Shown in pieces: positions 56,412-64,000 of a DNA stretch of 64,000 nt. The notes under the pieces were generated by a model. The model was not told the DNA's origin and searched no databases. It worked only from the letters and a program-made list of their open reading frames with translations. This stretch comes from Eledone cirrhosa (taxonomy: Eukaryota). The stretch covers positions 332,630,001 through 332,694,000 of the forward strand of contig OZ024741.1 of NCBI GenBank assembly GCA_964016885.1. Reading direction: 5' to 3'. A program made the position numbers and the translations under genes. Within the stretch, counting starts at the first letter, position 1, and each line of letters starts with the position of its first letter.

Positions 56412-57781
56412 GACCATAAAAGAAATTTTGAAATTGAATTACCAGTTAGATTGATTGCACCATCTAAATCGAACCTTGGCATACTTAGCAAGAATATTTT
56501 AGATAGAATCATACCACAACTTAAGGAAATATCTAATTTAAAATTATGGAATGGGACTAATGAAGTTATTGACTAGTTTAAGGACATTAAATATAAACAT
56601 AACAATAAATTCATTCAATTGGATATTGCTAATTATTACTCATCTGTCACTCCTAATCTACTTAATAAAGCCCTTACATATGCATTTAAATATACAGATT
56701 TAACTAGCAATGAAATGCACATTATCTTAACTGCACGTAAAACATTAATTAAATTTAATCACCACCTTTGGACTAGAGCAGATAGGGATAACAATTTCGA
56801 TATCACTATGGGGTCATCGGACTCGGCGCAATTAACGGATCTTGTGGGGCTTTTTATTAACAATACTTTACATAGGAAAATACCGGAGATGACCGGTGGT
56901 TTATATCGTGACGATTTGCTATTACTTATTGAAAATAATAATAATTGTGAAATAAATAGGAAAAGAAAAGAAATTATACAATTTTTTAATAGCGTTAATC
57001 TTAAAGTAGAAGTAGAGAATAATTATAAAATAGTTAATTTTTTAGATGTAACTTTAAACCTTAATACTGGTTTTGATTATCCATTTAATAAAATAAATGA
57101 GAATTTAAACTATGTTAACTTTAATTCCAATCACCCCAGATCCGTTAAAAACACTATTCTAAATTCTGTGCAGCAACGTATTTCTAGAATTTCAGCGAAT
57201 AAAAATATATTTGAAGATAAGGCACAATATTATAACGAAGCGTTAGGCAGTGCAGGCTATAGTAATGAAATTAAATACATTGACAATAAGGATGTGCCAA
57301 TTAACCATAACCATAACTATAAATATAATTATAATAGGAAACCTTGCATTAACTCGAAAACCAAAATAAAAAATAAAAACTAGAAATATATTATGGTTTG
57401 CTCCCCCTTTCTCATATAGTATACAATTGTAATGTCAAAACAAATGAAAACTCCTTTAACTATGTCGGCTCTACTTCCACAGACTTCAAATCTCGTTTTA
57501 ATAACCATAAATGTTCCTTTACGAATATTGTTAAAAAATCTTCAACTTCTCTATCTAACTTATTATGGGACTTAAAATCCAAGAATATTAACTATTCTTT
57601 ACTTTGGAAAATTATTTCCAAAGCTCCTTCATACACTGCTTTATCCAAAAATTGCTCACTTTGCGTTGAAGAAATATTCTTTATACTAAAAAGTAAGAAC
57701 TCTATTAATTTGAGAAATAATTTATTTAGTTCCTGTAAACATCGTTTAAACTCAACTTTTAAATATATATATAAAATGTAA
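56412..57781 (+). pseudogene. Disrupted PLE RT/GIY-YIG ORF (stop, frameshifts, internal deletion)
   Basis: ORFs 56619-57383 and 57398-57781 plus upstream RT sequence with a TAG at ~56574. RNILWFAPPFS is joined directly to IVYNC. Confidence 0.8.
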
Positions 57782-59127
57782 TATATGATTTATCTCCTTT
57801 ACATAATGTTTTCTATATCTATATATGATTCATATATATTTAATTTACTTTCTATTATCTCTACCTCATATATATACTATATACTTTATATTATTACACC
57901 TATCGATAGATTATAAAATATAAAAATTTTTTTCTAAAAAATTTTTTTTATATGACTGCTTAAATTTTTTTTATATGACTGTTTGAAACTCCTCTAAGAA
58001 AAATTTTTATTGAAAAACTTACGGAAGGTTTTAGGAAAAATCTTTTGAAAATTCCTTTGAAAGATATAGAAAAACCATTATTTTCATACCTTCCAATATT
58101 TTTATATTTTTATATCTTCAAACGTTTTTAATATATATATCCAAATATGTGGAAAAACATATGATTTTTTAAAATAGGTTTTTTATATATATGTGGAATA
58201 ACCTATGGTTTATGCTTTAAATATATTCTTAAGATTAAAAATTTTTTTTTAACTTTATAGCAAGTAAATTTATGACTTCGTATAAAATAACATATGGTTC
58301 ATGTTTTAATTATATTCTTAAGATAAACAATTTTTAACTTTTTAACTTTATAACATTTAATCCTTGGAGTCATCTGAGATCTTAAAAAATCACTTCTAAC
58401 TTCCTTTACACTTCCTTACTGTTTTTATAATATAATTAAGTGGTTATTCCTTTGTAAACTCTCGTAAATTTTTCATAAATTTAGAATTATTTGGATGTTT
58501 AAATTTTGACTTACAACTTTTAATAAAATAAACTATACTAGATTTTCTCTAATGTAAAATACTATATATTTATTTAAATAATTTATAATCCTTAACATAC
58601 ACATTTAAACTAATTATTAATATTAAATTATTAAATTAAATCTTCAATATTAAGGCAAATTTTAATCTTTAATTTTGATTTCTAATTTTTAATTTTAATC
58701 TAATTTTTCAACCTATCATTATAAGTATTATAATCAAAATGTAATGAACCCTGCATTATAAATATTATTCTTCCACGTTAATCTTATTTCTTCTTTCACT
58801 TAGATATACTTACGCTGTGTATATTTATCCTTTGAATCTTATTTCTTCATGCACTCTATTTTCACTATCAATATATATAATCGTTCTTTCTTTCCTCTTC
58901 TATCTTTCTCCTTTCTTTTTTCCTCTCTCCTTTACATATCATCTTCTTCCAACAGTTTAATTTAAATAAACCGTTATCTTTTCAACGTTTCGGACACTCA
59001 TTTACATACTCACTCATAGCTTTGTATTACCCTCAATAAATGTACTATCTCCACTATCCAGGAAGCTCCAACCGTTAAGGCTGTCTTTTTTCCGGGTATG
59101 TCAATATTTATTTATAGAAAAAATCTG

Positions 59128-59193
59128 TATTTTATCTGATGAAAGCGCACCAAAATTTGCCTTGGTTGCCCTTGAAATATGTATAATAAAATA
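59128..59193 (+). ncRNA. Type I hammerhead ribozyme-like motif in the PLE 3' repeat (family H1)
   Basis: TATTTTAT-CTGATGA-AAGcGCACCAA/aatttgcc/TTGGtTGCcCTT-GAA-ATATGTAT-A-ATAAAATA: perfect 8-bp stem I, canonical core, short near-palindromic stem III, AUA triplet. Confidence 0.8.
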
Positions 59194-59250
59194 AATATGG
59201 TTTTATAAATATAGTTTCCATTTATTAATATATTGTATATATATATATAT

Positions 59251-59442
59251 ATAACGAAGGAAATGTGGTAAGGAACCAGGTGGACCATAACGCACCAAAG
59301 TACTCAATACTTGAGGTAGTAGAGTGGGTAATAGGAACCAGTAAGACCCCGACAGCTGAGCTCAAGCCGTTTCGACGGCTAATTCCAGAATTAGCCGTCG
59401 AAACGGCTTGAGCTCAGCTGTCGGGGTCTTACTGGTTCCTAT
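59251..59442. mobile_element. Fold-back insertion (family H4): perfect 55-bp palindrome carrying the 3' half of a hammerhead-like motif
   Basis: 59331-59385 is the exact reverse complement of 59388-59442. Each arm has GAA-ACGGCT/tgagctc/AGCTGT-C. (TA)n on both sides. A related fragment lies at 31417-31461. Confidence 0.8.
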
Positions 59443-59809
59443 ATATATATATATATATATATGTGTGTATGTGTATATATATATATATATATATATACAT
59501 GTGTGTGTGTGTGTATATATATAAATATACATATTTGTATACGGCTATGTTCAAAGCTAAATTCTAATATATATATATGATTTTGTTTTGCAAGGTTTTT
59601 GATATGAAATCGTGTGTCAAAACAAATATTGTTATACTTGGGGAGGGTTGTTATAATATTGCCAGAATTAATAACAGAACCCACTCACTGTTTGGTTGGT
59701 TTTCGCTTCTGTATCTTTTATATCTCCATAGTTAATTTATTTGGCAATCAATGTTTATCATTGATTGACCAGCAGTTAAAAATACAGATATAAATATATA
59801 TATATTGTC

Positions 59810-59853
59810 TATCAAAGTTCTTTCGTCACACATCTGCAAAATCATCAGTGGTA
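59810..59853 (-). ncRNA. Degenerate hammerhead-like motif
   Basis: Minus strand: TACCA-CTGATGA-ttttgcagatgtgtgac-GAA-AGAACT-T-TGATA, followed by (TA)n. Stem II pairs poorly. Confidence 0.45.
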
Positions 59854-59920
59854 CTATTATGTTCCCGCCTATTGTATGGCATTGTACTATAATGTCTATG
59901 CCAAAAAATGTATATATATA

Positions 59921-60235
59921 TAATAATAATAATAAATTTGAAGACTAAAATCCAAAGAGGGTCCGATAAGGATAAATATATATCAAATATATAAGAACCG
60001 TAGAGCAAATATTTATTAAAATAACAGATTAAAGTTTAAGCAAAGAATCGCTGCTTTCACCCTTAACGGGATCTTCTGAAACTAAAAAAATCAATCTGTG
60101 AACGCAGAAGTAAATATTTCGAAAAACTTCGAAATGTTACTTCTGCGTTCACAGATTAATTTTTTTAGTTTCAGAAGATCCCGTTAAGGGTGAAAGCAGC
60201 GATTCTTTGCTTAAAATTTAATCTGTTATTTTAAT
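59921..60235. mobile_element. Fold-back insertion (family H2), ~108-bp arms, each with a CAGAAGA-core hammerhead-like motif
   Basis: 60014-60123 versus 60128-60235 inverted. ACAGATT..AGTTT-CAGAAGA-tCCC/gttaa/GGGt-GAA-AGCA/gcgattctt/TGCT-T-AAA(C/A)T..AATCTGT. Confidence 0.8.
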
Positions 60236-60241
60236 ATATAT

Positions 60242-60348
<107 letters not shown>

Positions 60349-60349
60349 C

Positions 60350-60423
<74 letters not shown>

Positions 60424-60440
60424 TTATATATATATTTATG

Positions 60441-60697
60441 TTAGGTAATTCTTAAGGAAAAGCAAAGGAGAAAAGAGTGCTCTATGTATAGAAAGTGAAC
60501 AACACAAAATATAACTACTCCATTACCAAAGGTTTCTGGATCAGAGACGATAATAATATAATATACGTCTGGATCGGTCGTCAGAGATAACATCTCTGTC
60601 TGATGACCGGTCCAGACGTATATTATATTATTATCGTCTCTGATCCAGAAACCGTTGGTAATGGAGTAATTATATTTTGTGTTGTTCACTTTCTAAT
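60441..60697. mobile_element. Fold-back insertion (family H3), ~100-bp arms, with a long-stem-II hammerhead-like motif (60594-60666 plus strand)
   Basis: CTCTGT-CTGATGA-[ccggtccAGACG..AT loop..CGTCTctgatcca]-GAA-ACC/gtt/GGT-A-ATGGAG. The opposite arm has CTGACGA. (TA)n on both sides. Confidence 0.8.
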
Positions 60698-60758
<61 letters not shown>

Positions 60759-60765
60759 CTGTGTG

Positions 60766-60805
<40 letters not shown>

Positions 60806-60842
60806 TGTGTGTGTGTGTGTGTATAGATATATACACATATAT

Positions 60843-60891
<49 letters not shown>

Positions 60892-60931
60892 GTGTGTGTG
60901 TGTGTATATATATATACATATATCATATATA

Positions 60932-61017
<86 letters not shown>

Positions 61018-61028
61018 ATGTGAGTGTT

Positions 61029-61098
<70 letters not shown>

Positions 61099-61258
61099 TT
61101 TAGCTTTGAACATAACTGTATACAAATATGTATTTGAATTTTGCATCTCTAAAGAAATACGGTATGTTTATAAATAAACATTCTGAATGCCATAGCTATG
61201 AATATAACACTGCTGGTCAATGGCGCCGAGCGATTTTCAGCAGAAGCAAGGGGGACAC

Positions 61259-61299
61259 TCGTTGATGCATTTTGAACTTAAATAGTTCTCGTCAGGACA
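61259..61299 (-). ncRNA. Hammerhead-like motif decayed by CpG mutation
   Basis: Minus strand: TGTC-CTGACGA-GAAC/tatttaa/GTTC-AAA-ATGCAT-C-AACG. Both defects (G12->A and the first stem I G->A) sit at CpG positions. Stem III is the palindrome ATGCAT. Confidence 0.6.
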
Positions 61300-61850
61300 G
61301 TCTTTCCCTCTCTCGCTACAGCCGGACTTTGAAACAGCCGTAAGTATATAGGTTTTTCATCTGTGTAAATGAAGTGATTAATCTCATTTGCATATTTGCA
61401 TATGAAGCTGTATAAGTTGGCTCAACTTAAAATAGAATTAGAATTTAGCTTTGAACATAGCTATGACTATACCGCAGGTGGTCAACATCGTTAAGCTGTG
61501 TTCGTCAGAAGCAAGGTTATATCGCCCACCCTCAAAGCTTTTTTTATCACACCCACTATCTGACGAAATTCAGAAACTAGGCAAACTTAGACTAAATGTC
61601 TGGAATTTTCACCACTTCCATACCCTTGTATAGATGGGAAAGATATCCTTTTGATAATTTACAGCCTCTAGTCTATAATCGGTGGAGGAGTCCAGAATCA
61701 CTAATTGACATGTAACTCACACCTCACTCCACAGATTGTGAACACAATATTTGGAAAGATCCTTTTAGGAACTCATATGCTTGCTGGGCACACAAGGAAA
61801 AGGACATGTTTCATTTCTTTTTCTTTTTTTTTTGCCTGCAGCATATCACA

Positions 61851-61957
61851 TAATCGGATTTTCATCTGAAGATATCGTTCCCATGCCAACAACAAATATG
61901 TTACATCTTGGATTGCATAAGCGAACCATTGAAATAGTTATAATGAATAAACGATTT
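61851..61957 (+). ncRNA. Type I hammerhead-like motif with a ~58-nt stem II region
   Basis: AATCG..TTCAT-CTGAAGA-[tatcGTTC...GAACcatt]-GAA-ATAGTTAT-A-ATGAA..CGATT, followed by (TA)n at 61981. Confidence 0.65.
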
Positions 61958-61976
61958 ATGCAATATCAGTATCTTA

Positions 61977-62010
<34 letters not shown>

Positions 62011-62012
<2 letters not shown>

Positions 62013-62560
62013 AAGGTGGGTAAAATTCCCGAGATCCATGGACGAGTTCTCTCCAGCGGTCTCTGTCCCTCATTATCGCTGCCATGTCCTGCATCTCCAA
62101 CAGACCAGTGTCTGTCCTTAGGGCATCAACATACGTTAACCTTGGTCTTCCTCTTCTAGTGTGTCCATGTAGGGGCTCCCAAAGGAGTACTGAGTGCAAT
62201 GTCAACTCTGGATGTCGGTGAACATGTCCAGCTAACCTCAGTCTCCTCTGTGTCACTTTTGAGCTGACTTTTGGGATGCTGCCATACAGCTCTGATGGGA
62301 TGACAGAGTTCTTTGAGATACTGGCTGGAGTGCTCCAGGGAGATACATTGGCTCCCTACCTTTTTATCATCGTAGTGGACTATTGTATGCGCCTTGCACT
62401 GGAGAAACACCAGGACTCTGGCTTTACTGTAGCACCGGCTCAGAGCAGGAGAGTTAGGGCGAAAAAGGTATCGGATGCTGAATTTGCCGACGACATAGTT
62501 GTGGTGACAAATACAGTGAAGGAAGCAGAGGATTTGATGCGGGAGGTTGAGACTGTGTCG
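62011..62560 (-). mobile_element. RTE-like LINE fragment with an inverted 5' segment, between (TA)n tracts
   Basis: 62011-62256 minus encodes the C-terminus (RRLRLAGHVHRH..VLLWEP..RGRPRLTYVD..DRDRWR). About 62257-62560 plus encodes the RT core (GVLQGDTLAPYLF, EFADD). Confidence 0.82.
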
Positions 62561-62580
62561 ATATATATATATATATATAT

Positions 62581-63015
62581 AGTAATAATAATAAATTTGA
62601 AGACTAAAATCCAAAGAGGGCTCGATAAGGATAAATATATATCAAATATATAAGAACCGTAGAGCAAATAATTATTAAAATAACAGATTAAAGTTTAAGC
62701 AAAGAATCGCTGCTTTCACCCTTAACGAGAACATTAGTCTACGACCTCTTTTATACCATAAACGTGGTTCTGTCTTTGCGCGTAATTGTTTTTCACCGCT
62801 CCTATTAATGACGTATTATATTCGTTTTTTCCCGTTCTTAGCCAGCGAACGTTTCCACGAACCAAAGTATCGTCTTCCTGTCTTCCTCCGGTTGCAACGT
62901 TTTTTGAAATATCCAGTTCTGCGTTTACAGATTGACTTTGTTAGTTTCAGAAGATCCCGTTAAGGGTGAAAGCAGCGATTCTTTGCTTAAACTTTAATCT
63001 GTTATTTTAATAAAT
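62581..63015 (+). mobile_element. Family H2 insertion with a longer sense segment and a complete CAGAAGA hammerhead-like motif (62927-63002)
   Basis: The left part is nearly identical to 59921-60068 (inverted end). The right part carries ACAGATT..AGTTT-CAGAAGA...GAAAGCA..TGCTT-AAACT..AATCTGT. Confidence 0.8.
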
Positions 63016-63030
63016 ATATATATATATATA

Positions 63031-63363
63031 TATAAAGAAAAAGGGATGAAATCGAAAATGCAACTGAAGTCTTATTATTTAAAAAAATATATATATTTAT
63101 TTGGTTCCTTTACCGGTTTCGCAGTTCTTCTGCTTTTCAAAAGGTGAGTTGAGATGGAGGGTCTGTGGTTTTTCTCACCCTCCATCTCAACTCACCTTTT
63201 GAAAAGCAGAAGAACTGCGAAGCCGGTAAAGGAACCAAATAAATATATATATTTTTTAAAATAATAAGACTTCAGTTGCATTTTCGATTTCATCCCTTTT
63301 TCTTTATACTTCCACTCGTGTAGGACACCTCGGTTATTTTTCATTTTGTAAAAAAAACCTCAC

Positions 63364-63370
<7 letters not shown>
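63031..63370. mobile_element. Fold-back insertion (family H5), ~130-bp arms, with a minimal U3-A8 variant hammerhead (63107-63144 minus; 63195-63232 plus)
   Basis: CCTT-TTGAAAA-GCAG/aagaa/CTGC-GAA-ACCGGT-A-AAGG on the minus arm. The plus arm has GAAG in place of GAAA. (TA)n on both sides. Confidence 0.82.
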
Positions 63371-63446
<76 letters not shown>

Positions 63447-63479
63447 TGGTTTAATATACATTATGTCAACACCATAACA

Positions 63480-63882
63480 TTCTAACCATCCAAACAGACA
63501 CATACACACACACATAACACCTTCTACTTTAGTAAATAAAAACCCGAATTAAATAAACCTTAACATACGTTTGCGCTGACAATACAACAGAACAAATACG
63601 AATAAGTAAGGAATCGTTTGCCTACACACACACACACACACAAAATATATATTCTCTTCATCTTAACATGCTAACCATACTCCCACACACACATAACACC
63701 CATACATAACACCACACTCACACACAACTCCCTCCCCCATTTCTACTAATTGAATCACTTTCCTAAACACACACACAAAATATATATATTCTCTTTATCT
63801 TAACATACTCCCACACACATAACACCCATATACACACACACACACAACTCCCTCCCCCATTTCTACCAATAGAATCATCTTC

Positions 63883-63961
<79 letters not shown>

Positions 63962-63962
63962 A
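63480..63962. repeat. CA-rich degenerate tandem duplication and (CA)n microsatellite
   Basis: An ~130-bp unit (attctctt..tcttaacat...acaactccctcccccatttctac) occurs twice, followed by (CA)n. Confidence 0.8.
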
Positions 63963-64000
63963 ATAAATATACATATGTCTACTTTCTTTATTATTTCAAT

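Larger units (their letters stand above)
56168..59240 (+). mobile_element. Penelope-like element (RT + C-terminal GIY-YIG, probably Hydra-clade), 5'-truncated, with an inverted terminal repeat, inserted in (TA)n
   Basis: RT motifs PVRLIAPSK.NLG.LSKNILD, DIANYYSS, MGSSDSAQLTDLVG, LYRDD, FLDVTL and SNHP. GIY-YIG IVY...YVGST..FK.R..NH, CSLC..E, CKH. About 150 bp at 56258-56411 is the reverse complement of 59085-59238. Confidence 0.9.

Overview
AT-rich, microsatellite-dense animal DNA. The protocadherin type and the repeat complement point to a coleoid cephalopod, most likely Octopus (inference). The only host coding sequence is one large protocadherin exon (about 988-3423: signal peptide, six cadherin repeats, TM helix, start of the cytoplasmic tail, ending in a CAG|GTGAGT donor). 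The other ~60 kb is intronic or intergenic. It holds tRNA-derived SINEs (including head-to-tail arrays), RTE-type and R4/Dong-type LINE fragments, mariner-, Tc2/pogo- and piggyBac-like MITEs, a non-autonomous Helitron, minisatellites and many (TA)n tracts. The most notable signal is a nest of Penelope-like element (PLE) material inserted into (TA)n tracts, densest at 55.9-63.4 kb. It includes one RT + GIY-YIG PLE with an inverted terminal repeat and several short fold-back insertions. Hand folding shows that most of these carry type I hammerhead-ribozyme-like motifs from several unrelated sequence families, with core variants (U3-A8 covariation, U4->A, long stem II, palindromic stem III). All RNA structures were folded by eye and none was computed or tested. 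Nearly all short ORFs in the supplied track are microsatellite or antisense artefacts.
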